DNA of 64,000 nt from an uncultured Phycisphaerales bacterium (lineage in GTDB: Bacteria > Planctomycetota > Phycisphaerae > Tepidisphaerales > Tepidisphaeraceae): positions 2,496,001-2,560,000 of the forward strand of contig CAVWLP010000002.1 of the NCBI GenBank assembly GCA_963755915.1, given 5' to 3'. Below are positions 54,249 to 64,000 of this stretch, piece after piece (within the stretch, counting starts at the first letter, position 1; each line of letters starts with the position of its first letter). The notes below the pieces were generated by a model, which had not been told where the DNA came from, did no database searches, and worked only from the letters and a program-made list of their open reading frames with translations. The translations under genes were made by a program, and so were the position numbers.

Positions 54249-55724
54249 TTAAACGCCGGCCATTAGGCGGAGGACGCGGTCCTGGTTCAGGTCGTGGCGG
54301 TTTAGTTGGCCTACGAGGCGGCCTTGGCGCATGACGAGGACTCTGGTGGAGAGATTCAAGAGTTCGGGGAGCTCGGAGGAGATGAGCATGATGGCGATGC
54401 CCTGGGCGGCGAGGTCGTCGATGAGGCCGTGGATGGCGGCTTTGGCGCCGATGTCTACGCCGCGGGTGGGTTCGTCGATGATGAGGATTCGGGCGTCTCT
54501 GCCGAGCCATTTGGCGAGGGCGACCTTTTGCTGGTTTCCGCCGCTGAGGCCGGCGACGGGGGCTTCGAGGGATGGGGTGCGGACGCGGAGCTTTTCGAAA
54601 TAGACGCGCGCACTTTGGCGCTCGGCCTTTTGGTTGAGGATGCCGAAGCGTCTAAAGCGGCGGAGCATGGCGAGGGAGAAGTTTTGCCGGCCGCCCATTT
54701 TCAGGACGAGACCCTGGCGTTTTCGGTCTTCGGGGACGAGGGCGATTCCGCGGCGCATGGCCTGGCGGATGTCGCCGGTAGGGAGGGGTTTGGAATCGAC
54801 GAGGATTTCTCCGGTGGCCTGGCGGTCGAGGCCGAAAACTGCCTTGGCGATCTCGCTGCGGCCGGCGCCGACGAGTCCGGCGAAGCCGACGATTTCACCG
54901 GCTTTGATGTCGAAGGTGACGTCTCTGAATCGGCCGGGGGAGGAGAGATTTTGCACGGAGAGGATCACGTCGCCGGGGGTTTTTTCGAGATGGTGGGGGA
55001 AATAGGCGGCGATGCTTCGGCCAATCATGTGCTTGACGATGGAATCGGGTGTGGCTTCGGTGCGGTCGAAGGTGCCGACGTGTTTGCCGTCGCGGAGGAC
55101 GGTGATGCGGTCGCAGAGACGGAAGACTTCGGGCATGCGGTGGGAGACGTAGATCATGGTGACGCCGCGGGATTTGAGGCTCGATGAGTGCGAAGAGGTT
55201 TTCGGCATCCGGCTCGGCGAGGGAACTGGTGGGCTCGTCGAAGACGAGGATTCGCGCGCCGGTGCCGACGGCGGAGGCGATCTGCACGAGCTGCTCCTGG
55301 GCAGTGGAGAGGGTGCGCATGGTCTGGCGGACGTTGAGATTCACACCGATGTCGGCGAGCAGTTTCGCGGCGCGTTTTTCCATTTCCGGGCGGTTGATGA
55401 GGAAGCCGAATCGGCGGGGGTAGCTACCCATGCAGAGGTTTTCGGCGACGGAGAGGTCGGGGCAGAAGGCGAGCTCCTGGTGAACCATTCCGATGCCGGC
55501 GGCGCGGGCGTCGGCGGGGGAGCCGAAGGATTTGGGCTGGCCGTCGATGAGGATTTGGCCGGAGTCTCGCGGTAGATGCCGGCGAGGATTTTTCCGCAGG
55601 TGGATTTTCCGGCGCCGTTTTCGCCCATGAGTCCGTGGCAATGGCGGGGGGAGATGGAGAAGGAGACGTTGTCGAGTGCGGTGACGCCGGCGAAGGTTTT
55701 GGTGATGTTGCGGTATTCGATCAT
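54249..55724 (-). CDS. Sugar ABC transporter ATP-binding protein (RbsA/MglA-like), frameshifted
   Basis: [24 protein letters not shown] and [12 protein letters not shown] motifs. Confidence 0.92.
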
Positions 55725-56040
55725 GGGGGGATGGGTGATGGAGGATTTTTGTTTTGATCGATGAGTATAGTTCAGCGCGGCGGGAGCTGCGTGTCAAGGA
55801 GGGGGAGGGTGAGAAAGGTGTGAAAGGGGAGTGACGGGGAAACGAAAGGAATCGACGGGGAAGGGGAAGACCGGGGGGTGGAAAATTGGGATGGTTTGGG
55901 GGAATTGGAGTTGGTTTTTTGGCTTGGGTAAACTGCGCGCGAACCCCCTCCCCCAACCCTCCCCCGGAGGACTGCGTCCCGCTTACCGGGGGCGGGGGGA
56001 ATGGGCGAGGGGAGGACGCGTTGAACGTAGTGAGGCGACA

Positions 56041-58465
56041 ATGGTTGAGCTGAGCGGATTGAGGAGCTGGGTTTTGGCGGTCTTGATTGTTGGAGGGTCG
56101 TGCGCGGTAAGTTTTGGTATGGATCCGGGGACAACGCTTTGGTATCCGCGGGAGGCGGCGGTTTGGGTGGAGGCGCTGCCGGTGGGGAATGGGCGGCTGG
56201 GGGGGATGGATTATGGGGGCGTGGGTAGAGAACGGCTGCAATTGAATGAGGATAATGTCTGGTCCGGGGGGCCGTACGATCCGGCGAATCCGGCGGCGTT
56301 TGCGGCGTATGCGAAGGCGCGGCCGCTGATTATGGCGGGGAAGGGGCAGGAGGCGGCGGATTTGCTCAAGGTCGATGGGCTGGGGAATCCGCATTCGCAG
56401 GCGGCGTATCAGACGATTGGGGAATTGGATCTGGATTTTGGGAATGTGACGGCCACTGCGTACAGGCGCGAGCTGGATCTAACGCGCGCGGTGGAAACGG
56501 TTTCGTATCGGGTGGGGGATGTGGCGTTTACGCGGGAGCTTTTTTCCTCGGCGGCGGACCAGGTTTTGGTGATGAGGGTTTCGGGGGATCGGGCGGGAAG
56601 CGTGGCGTTCACGGCGACGTTTGATACGCCTTATCGGGATCGGGAAGTTTTGGCGCAGGAGAATGAATTGATTCTCGACGGGCAGTCGGGGCATTTTGGG
56701 GATATTCCGGGGCAGGTGAAACATGAGACGATCGTCAGTTTTTCGAACGATGGGGGGACGGTTTCGGGGAATGGGGAGTCGATGACCGTCAGTGGGGCGA
56801 ATTCGGTGACCCTGGTGATCGCGATCCGCACGAATTATGTGAATTATCATGATCTGTCGGCCGATCCCGACGCCCTGGCGCAAGGACCTGGGCGCGGTCG
56901 AGGGGAAGGGGTTTGAGGAGTTACTGAAGGATCATCTGGATTCTTATCAGCCGTTTTTTGATCGGGTGCACATCGATCTGGGGAGCTCACCGGCGGGGCA
57001 GTTGCCGACGGATGAGCGGGTGAAGCATTTTGCCGAGGGACATGATCCGGCGCTGGCGGCGCTGGAGTTTCAGTATGGGAGATATCTGCTGATCAGCTCT
57101 TCGCGGGCGGGGAGTCAGCCGGCGGGGTTGCAGGGGCTTTGGAATGATTCGATGAATCCGCCTTGGGGCGGCAAATATACGGTCAATATCAATACGGAGA
57201 TGAATTACTGGCCGGCGGAGAAGACGAATTTATCGGAGTGCGTGGAGCCGCTGTTTGGGATGATCAGGGATGTTTCGGTTACCGGGCAGAAGACGGCGGC
57301 GGTGATGTATCACGCGCCGGGGTGGGTGCTGCATCACAATACGGACGGGTGGAGGGCGACGGCGCCGATTGATTTTGCAAACGTCGGCATCTGGCCGACG
57401 GGCGGCGCGTGGCTGCTGACGAACGTCTGGCAACATTATTTGTATACGGGGGATTTGGCGACGCTGAAGGAGTTTTATCCGATTTATCGCGGGGCGTGTG
57501 AATTTTTCCTGGCGACGCTGGTGAAAGAGCCGGTGCATGGGTGGCTGGTGACTTGCCCCAGCGTTTCGCCGGAACATGGCGGGCTGGTCGCGGGGCCTAC
57601 GATGGATGAGAGCATTCTGCGGGACCTGTTTCAGCAGACGGCGGATATTTCGCAGGTGCTGGGGGTGGATGCGGATTTTCGGGAGAAGGTTCTGGCGGCG
57701 AGGGAGGAGTTGGCGCCGTTTCAGATCGGGAAGTATGGGCAGCTTCAGGAGTGGCTGCAGGATATCGATCGCGAGTTCGATTCGCATCGGCACGAGTCGC
57801 ATCTGTACGGCATGTTTCCCAGCAACCAGATAACGGTGGAGGATCCGCGTCTGTTTGCGGCGGCGAAGAAATCGCTCGTCGGCAGGGGGGATGGGGCGAC
57901 GGGGTGGTCGCTCGCTTGGAAATTGAATCTGTGGGCGCGGGCGCTGGATGGGAATCATGCGTATCTGCTGCTGACGCATTTGCTGAGTGAGCCCGAGGGA
58001 GATTTGCCGAAGGGGTATGTTGCGCCCGTCGATCCGAAGACGGGGAAGCCTGGGAAGTTGCCGGAGAGGAGAGGGGGGACGTATCCGAATTTGTTTGATG
58101 CGCATCCGCCGTTCCAGATCGACGGGAATTTCGGGGCGACGAGCGGGATCACGGAGATGCTGATGCAGAGTCATGAGGGGTTCATTCGGGTATTGCCGGC
58201 GTTGCCGGATGCGTGGCCGCGGGGGCATGTGGATGGGCTGGTGGCGCGCGGAGGGTTTGTGATGGGGATTGATTGGGAGGGGGGGAAGTTGGTGAGCGCG
58301 ACGGTGGAGTCGAGGCTGGGGAAGGAGTGTCGGATTTATTCGGCCGCGGGAGTGAAGGTTGTGGATTCAAATGGCAGCGTGGTGGGGACGGAGAAGAGCG
58401 GGGAGGGCGTGTATTCGTTTGGGACGGCTGTTGGGGGGCGGTATGTGATCAGTGAAGGGGAATGA
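56041..58465 (+). CDS. Glycoside hydrolase family 95 (alpha-L-fucosidase-like), frameshifted near 56880
   Basis: EALPVGNGRLG, QYGRYLLISSSR, NINTEMNYW, HRHESHL and PFQIDGNFG motifs. Confidence 0.93.
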
Positions 58466-60503
58466 TGGTGATCGGTGGCTGAGATTTTCGCGTGGACGGT
58501 TGGGACTGAACGACGATGGGGCGCGGCGATGTTTCCACGGGCGTGAGGGTCAGGACGGTGATGGTGTCGGGGGGCATTTGCCAGGTGAAATTTGGGGTGA
58601 GGCGGGTGAATGAGTTGACGGGGATGATGTGCCTGGGGTTGGTGATGGAATTGGTGTCGGTGGGGGCGGCGGTCATGGATTCGACCGGGGTAACGGGGGT
58701 CAGGTAGTAGACGCCGGCGAGGTGGATTTCGAGGAGCTGGGATGTTGGGGTGGGGTTGATGAGTTTCAAATAGATTTGTCCGGTGGAGTCGTCCTGGGTG
58801 GCGGAGGATTGGATGGGGGTGTCTGTTGATCTGACAGCGAGGCGCTGGTTGCCGAGGTTGGTGCTGAAGAGTTTGAAGGCGTAGTAGCTGGGCGAGCCGA
58901 AGGCGTGCAGGGCGTTAAAGCCGATGAAGTCGGGACGCCATTGCCAGGCGCCGGGGTTGACGTTGACGAAGAGGGGCGCGTAGCAGTTCATGACGACGAG
59001 GTTGGCGTTGCGTTCCATGGCGGCCATCCAGGCGGCGTCGCCGAGGGCGCATTGGAAGTCAGCGGTGGGGGCCATGTTGTGGGCGGCGGGATTCCAGGGG
59101 GGAATTTTGGCGTCTTCGAAGGAGGCCCATTCGCCGACGAAAATTTCGGGACGCCTGATGCGCGGATAATTTTCGTAATACGTGGGGGAGAGGTTTATGA
59201 ATTCATCCGCGGGGCGATAGTAATGCTCATCGACGGCGTCGGGCGTCCGGCTGGTGACCTCGAAACCGGGCCAGACTTCCTTGGGAGCGGTGGAGATGAT
59301 TTTCAGGTTTGGATAGCGGGATTTGATCGCGTCGTAGAACTGGGTGAAGCGGGCGTCGTAGCTGTGAGAGTTGTCGAAGAAGTCTTCATTGCCGATCTCG
59401 ACGTAGTGCAGGGGGAAGGGATTACGGTGGCCGTCGGCGGCGCGGCGCGCGCCCCAGGGAGTGGTGGTGTCGCCGGTGACGTACTGGATTTCGTCCAGGG
59501 CGTCCTGGACGTAGGGCTGGAGGGAAGCGCCGGCGGGAATGTGGTCGCCATGCGGAGAAGAGACGAAGCCCGCGAAGACGGCGAGGACGGGCTGGGCGTT
59601 CATGTCCTGGCACCACTGGAGGAATTCGAGGAGGCCCAGGCCGTCGGACGTGCGGTAGCCCCAGAGGCTCATGTGGCCAGGGCGATTGGCGAGGGGGCCG
59701 ATGGTTTTTTCCCACTGGTAGCGGCCGTCGAGGGTGGCGCCTTCGAGGTAGGCGCCGCCGGGGAAGCGGAGGAATTTGGGGTGGAGGTCGACGAGCATCT
59801 GCATGAGGTCTTTGCGGAAGCCGTTGGGCTGGTTGTGCCAGGTGGGGGGGAAGAGGGAGACGAGATCTAGCCAGAGTTTTGCGGGGCGATCGGTGGTGAT
59901 CGCGAAGCGGGCGAGGGAGGTTGGGGTGAGGTTGGCGGGGGTTTGGAGGTAGACGCGATATTGCGTCCAGGTGGGGGAGATTCCGGTGATGACGGCCGAG
60001 GCGTAGGTGGTTTGGCCGTCGGAGCTTTGGAGGCTGACAGTAATCGGGGCGGAAGAGCCGGGAGCGGATTTGGCGTAGAAAGAGGCGGTGTAGCGTGCCG
60101 CGGGGTAGAGGGGGATTCCCCAGAAGCCGGGGTTGGAGAGGCCGGCGGGGGTTGTGGGGGAAGCTTGGTTGACGGTGAGGCAGAGGGTGGTGGGGAGCTG
60201 GGGATTCAGGGGCTGGGAAGGGTCGAGGGCGATGGTTGCGGAGGAGCCTGGGAGTTTGATGACGGACCAGTCGAGTGGGGTTTGCGGGTCGTCGAGGAAG
60301 GCGCGGTTTCGGATCAGCTCGGCGTAGAGGCCGCCGTCGTAGGAGTGGTTGATTTCTTCGGTCATGAGGCCGTACATCAGCGGACTGACGGGGCCGGCGG
60401 GGTGTGAGGCGTCGATGGTTAGGGTGGGGGAGGAGAATAAAAGCGGGGTGAGGAGGGTTAGGGTGGAGATGAAAGTAGCCAGGAATGTGCGCGGGGTGGG
60501 CAT
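58449..60503 (-). CDS. Glycoside hydrolase family 51 alpha-L-arabinofuranosidase
   Basis: EEINHSYDGGLYAELIRNRAF, LRFPGG, EIGNED, DEHYY and VGEW motifs. Confidence 0.92.
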   Translation of the reverse strand: MPTPRTFLATFISTLTLLTPLLFSSPTLTIDASHPAGPVSPLMYGLMTEEINHSYDGGLYAELIRNRAFLDDPQTPLDWSVIKLPGSSATIALDPSQPLNPQLPTTLCLTVNQASPTTPAGLSNPGFWGIPLYPAARYTASFYAKSAPGSSAPITVSLQSSDGQTTYASAVITGISPTWTQYRVYLQTPANLTPTSLARFAITTDRPAKLWLDLVSLFPPTWHNQPNGFRKDLMQMLVDLHPKFLRFPGGAYLEGATLDGRYQWEKTIGPLANRPGHMSLWGYRTSDGLGLLEFLQWCQDMNAQPVLAVFAGFVSSPHGDHIPAGASLQPYVQDALDEIQYVTGDTTTPWGARRAADGHRNPFPLHYVEIGNEDFFDNSHSYDARFTQFYDAIKSRYPNLKIISTAPKEVWPGFEVTSRTPDAVDEHYYRPADEFINLSPTYYENYPRIRRPEIFVGEWASFEDAKIPPWNPAAHNMAPTADFQCALGDAAWMAAMERNANLVVMNCYAPLFVNVNPGAWQWRPDFIGFNALHAFGSPSYYAFKLFSTNLGNQRLAVRSTDTPIQSSATQDDSTGQIYLKLINPTPTSQLLEIHLAGVYYLTPVTPVESMTAAPTDTNSITNPRHIIPVNSFTRLTPNFTWQMPPDTITVLTLTPVETSPRPIVVQSQPSTRKSQPPITIIPLH

Positions 60504-60631
60504 GGGGGAATTGGTACGCGATGGGGCGCGGGGGTGCAAGGAAGATTGCCGATTGCCGATTTCCAATTGCCGATTAAAACGCGTTATTTTTGGTCGTAAC
60601 CCGCAACGCGAACCGCTCATGGGTTCCGGCC

Positions 60632-61797
60632 TCAGTTATGCGTGGGCTGCATTTGTGTCCAGGTGGTTCCAGAGGGTAAGCTGGAATCGCTGTTGGGGTT
60701 GTAACCGGCATCGTTGTTCATGAGGATTTCGCCATCCGATCCCTGCCACGCCTGGCTGTAGTCGTTGGGGAGCTTATAAGTCGAGCCATCGCTGGACTGC
60801 CAGGGGCTCACTTCGCGTTGGATGTCGGCCTCGTTCTCGGATTGACGATCGAGATCCGCGGAGTGCGCCAGTAGGACGCGTGCTGCGCGTCATTGGCGGC
60901 CGATTGATTGGCGATCCGCTGCTCGGTGTTGTTGAACCATTGCTGCTGGTTGATTGCCTGCTGGCGCTGGCGGGCCAGGGCCTGCTGGTAGCGCTCCTGG
61001 TTGAGCGCGTTGACACGCTGTAGCCACTGGGGATTGATTTGCAGCGATTGCGCCATCTCCTGGGCGAGCGGGGTGAGGTCATCGAGCTTGCCCTGGGGGG
61101 CGCGGCGGGATGAGGCATAGATCACCTGCCAGTTCACCACGCCATTTGGATTGCTCACGCGTGATTCCGACGCCTGCATGACGCCCATGAGCGATTCATC
61201 CACAACCTGGCCGTTCAGCGTGTACTCGAATACTTCGCGGCCGGCGGCCACTTCGAAGGCGGTGTTCGGATCGACATTGATTTCGTCATAGATTTTTTTC
61301 GAAATGTCGGGAAGTTTTTCCTGCTTGATGACAGTCGCCTGCTGAAGATCGGTGCGAAAATACTGCAGGATGGCCGTGTCGAAGGCCTTGAACGCATCGC
61401 TGGGCGTCGGCTCGACGATGAAGCCGGCGAAGACCTGCCCTGGGCTGACATTGAATCGCCCCATCGCGACGGCCTGGCTCCAACTGAAGCTGAGAGACGG
61501 ATATAAGTCGAAGGCCCGGACATCCTGTGCATCGCCCCAGTGAATGCGAAACAGTTGCGGAGTGGCGAGGTTCGGCCGCCAGAGCACGCCTCCTTTGACG
61601 ACCCAGTCCGCCGGCATGACGCCGTGAAAGACTTCCATATCAGCAAAGCCCTGAACGTCGTTGATGGAGAATCGCTTCAGCCGCATCACGGATGGCTGCG
61701 AGGTTGGAGCGGATTGCGCATCGGCGCGGGACTGATTCTGAGCGATCGAGATCGTGAGGATGATGGCGACGCAGATGCCGTTTAGAGTGCGGATCAT
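60632..61797 (-). CDS. Secreted hypothetical protein, frameshifted near 60860
   Basis: Signal peptide; Q-rich linker; C-terminus continues in another frame ..AWQGSDGEILMNNDAGYNPN.. Confidence 0.7.
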
Positions 61798-61908
61798 GGG
61801 AGGCTCCAGTTTCAACGGTTTTGCGAGGACGTGGCGGCTAACGGGGATGCACTTTAGCGATCGGGTTTGGGAAGAGCAAAGATTCGAACAGATTCAAGCT
61901 CAGGATTT

Positions 61909-62670
61909 CTAAGTCGCTGCCGGCGCATCGTGGCGGTACATCAGGATCTTGACGTATTCCATCGTAATCATCCCCTCCTGCACCATCGTCTCCAGGTGGG
62001 GCAGAAGGGTTTTGATTTTTTCTTCGCTGTCGACGATTTCGATGACGATGGGGAGGTCGGTGGACATTTCCAAAAGTCCGGCGCGATGGATCACCGAGCG
62101 GGCGCCGAAGCCCTGGGAGCCGCGGAGGACGGTGGCGCCGGCTAGGCCAAGCTCGCGGACTTTCTGGACGATTGTTTCGTGGAGCGGCTTGCCCTGGAAT
62201 TTGTCGGAGTCGCCGATGAAAACGCGGAGGAGTACGCCATTGTCCTGGATTGTCATGTGAGGTCCTGGTTGGAGCGGGGGCAGCGTCGATAGGGGCTTGA
62301 GCATGGCGCTGAGGCGCAGGGTATTGGGCTGATCGTGGGCACGCTGGCGGTACATCATGACGGCGGCGCGCTCGAGGGTGAGCATTCCGCCGACCATGAG
62401 ATGGTCGAGCGTGTTGCGGATGAAGGCGGCGATTTTTTCGGGGGTGTCGACGATTTCTATGATGATCGGTTCGTGCTGGACCACGGACCACGTACTGGAG
62501 TGAATCAAGCCGTGGAATCCGAAGCCGAGGATGCCGCGGAGGATGGTGGTGCCGGCGAGCTTTTCCGAGCGGGCGGCTTTGAGGATTCGCTGAAAGGTGG
62601 GCAGATGCGGGGCGCGGTCGGCGCTCTGGAGGTAGATGCGGAGGAGGATTTGTTCGCCCAGCAGGCTCAT
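61909..62670 (-). CDS. DUF190 (PII-like) protein with two tandem domains
   Basis: Duplicated LLRI/VF..GxTxLRGxxGFG..PIxIEIVD motifs; directly after crcB. Confidence 0.88.
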   Translation of the reverse strand: MSLLGEQILLRIYLQSADRAPHLPTFQRILKAARSEKLAGTTILRGILGFGFHGLIHSSTWSVVQHEPIIIEIVDTPEKIAAFIRNTLDHLMVGGMLTLERAAVMMYRQRAHDQPNTLRLSAMLKPLSTLPPLQPGPHMTIQDNGVLLRVFIGDSDKFQGKPLHETIVQKVRELGLAGATVLRGSQGFGARSVIHRAGLLEMSTDLPIVIEIVDSEEKIKTLLPHLETMVQEGMITMEYVKILMYRHDAPAAT

Positions 62671-62672
62671 TT

Positions 62673-63053
62673 TCAGTTTCCGCGGGCCATCATGATACCG
62701 AGTCTGACGGCCAGTAGTCCTACGACCAGGCTGCCGATGAGGTTTAGCATGGCGAGGTATCCGGCGCCTTCTTCGAGAAGGCGGTTGGATTCGAACATGT
62801 AGGTGGAGAAGGTGGTGTAAGCGCCGACGAAGCCCACGCCGATGGCGAGGCGGGTGGTGTCGGAGATGTTGTGGCGGGTGACGAAGGTGAGGAACCAGCC
62901 GAGGAACATGGAGCCGGTGATGTTGATGATGAAGGTGCCGAGGGGGAAGCGAAAGTTGAAGCGGCTGATTTGAGTCGCCAGGACGTAGCGGAGGACGGCG
63001 CCGGCGGAGCCTGCGAGTGCAATCGCGAGATAGCGGATGAGGGTTTCGTACAT
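62673..63053 (-). CDS. crcB: Fluoride efflux channel Fluc/CrcB
   Basis: GAVLRY, GTFIINITGS and GFVGAYTTFSTY motifs. Confidence 0.95.
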   Translation of the reverse strand: MYETLIRYLAIALAGSAGAVLRYVLATQISRFNFRFPLGTFIINITGSMFLGWFLTFVTRHNISDTTRLAIGVGFVGAYTTFSTYMFESNRLLEEGAGYLAMLNLIGSLVVGLLAVRLGIMMARGN

Positions 63054-63142
63054 AGGTGTCCTTATTTTACGAAAACGCCCCGACAAGCTGGGGTGCTCGG
63101 CAGGGCAGGTTGGTCAAAAGCTCCTGGCGGACGGCACGCCCG

Positions 63143-63200
63143 ACAGGAGTCATTGTTCCCGGGGGGAAGCGGGACGGTTATGGCGGACTCCACCGCCTGG
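63143..63200 (-). promoter_or_regulatory. Fluoride riboswitch (crcB motif)
   Basis: Minus strand GGCGGTGGAGTCCGCCATAACCG...AATGACTCCTG (P1 hairpin plus GGAGT/ACTCC pseudoknot) upstream of crcB. Confidence 0.88.
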
Positions 63201-63293
63201 AATTTTTGTTGGATTATGGGGGATAAGGGGGAAATGTCCATAGCAATGCCGAATGCCGAATGAAGAGGTGAGAAGGTGTGAAAGAGGGGCGAA

Positions 63294-64000
63294 TCAATAT
63301 CGGGAGTAGGAGAAGACGGCGGTGACTTTGTCGTGGCGGGATTGGATTATCAGGACGCCAGCGCCCTGGAAGAGAAGGGGAGGGGCGTGGATGGGGGCCA
63401 GTTCGGGATTGTAGTAGCGCCATTCGACATTGGGTGGGGCGGCGCCGGCGGGTTTGGAAATCAACTCCGTGGGTGGGCCTAACTCATGATCGAGATCCTG
63501 GACGGTCTGTCCCAGGTGGATTCGCTCGGGGTCGTAGCGGGCAACGATGGAACTGTAGGAGGGCTCCTGGGTGAGATCGGCGACGGCGAAGGGAAAGAGA
63601 AGGGCACCCGCGTAGGGGACGAAGAAAGTCATTTCGCCGGCCCAGGCGACGTAGAGAAGGGGGTTGTGATTGGGCGGGAAAGAGCGGCAGTCTGGTTGCT
63701 GTAGCGTCGCGTGGAGATCTTCGAGGCAAGTCATGGACCAGTCGGCGGGATCGGGCTGGGGCGTCGAAGGGCGGGTGGATTGGCAGTTGCAGGTTGGCCG
63801 TGCGGTGATTTTCCAGAGCGTGGCGTTGCGGTAGATGAAGTAGTAGGGGTGCTCGGCGGAGCCGACGCTGTACAGCCGTGCTTCATAGACGGCGTCGGGA
63901 AGTTGGGCGCGGAAAAGAATTGGCCGGGTTGGCCGATGGCTTGTATAACGGTTTTGGCGGGGGTTCCGCGCTGGAGCCGGGCGGCGGTTGCGCTGTCAAC
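63294..64000 (-). CDS. Hypothetical protein, 5' part beyond the window edge or frameshifted
   Basis: ORF 63294-63734 with coding-like sequence continuing to the window end. Confidence 0.4.

Noticed and set aside
58449-58465. Convergent 17-bp overlap of GH95 and GH51
   Set aside because: Short 3' overlaps are common, with no sign of a special function
60544-60575. TTGCCGA periodic tract (also at 10611-10628)
   Set aside because: A short dispersed low-complexity repeat with no further structure to support a claim

Overview
High-GC bacterial genomic window, probably Planctomycetota (Phycisphaerae-like). This is inferred from the many PEP-CTERM genes and the tpiA-secG-yicC-gmk-rpoZ-coaC order. 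Many essential genes carry 1-bp frameshifts, which suggests uncorrected long-read sequence. The core content is housekeeping genes (coaC, rpoZ, gmk, yicC, secG, tpiA, aroF, hlyC/corC, ybeY, 7TM-HD, phoH, cdsA, uppS), GDP-sugar genes (gmd, fcl, GME-like, GT4), an AsmA-like protein, an ast operon, a sugar ABC ATPase, GH95, GH51 and a fluoride riboswitch-crcB-DUF190 unit. Mobile elements are a group II intron, IS21, IS1111 (IS110 family), IS4, IS3 and a ~446-bp foldback MITE. Almost all sit inside short host repeats, mostly REP-like palindromes. The strongest leads are: (1) an IS1111 whose 3' non-coding end carries readable guide segments matching both sides of a host REP target, with empty targets also present in the window; (2) a ~65-nt hairpin shared between this IS1111 RNA region and the 3' end of the unrelated IS21; (3) a REP-targeting foldback MITE; (4) a REP-targeting group II intron; (5) three adjacent HEPN-like genes in an island that splits uppS from cdsA.
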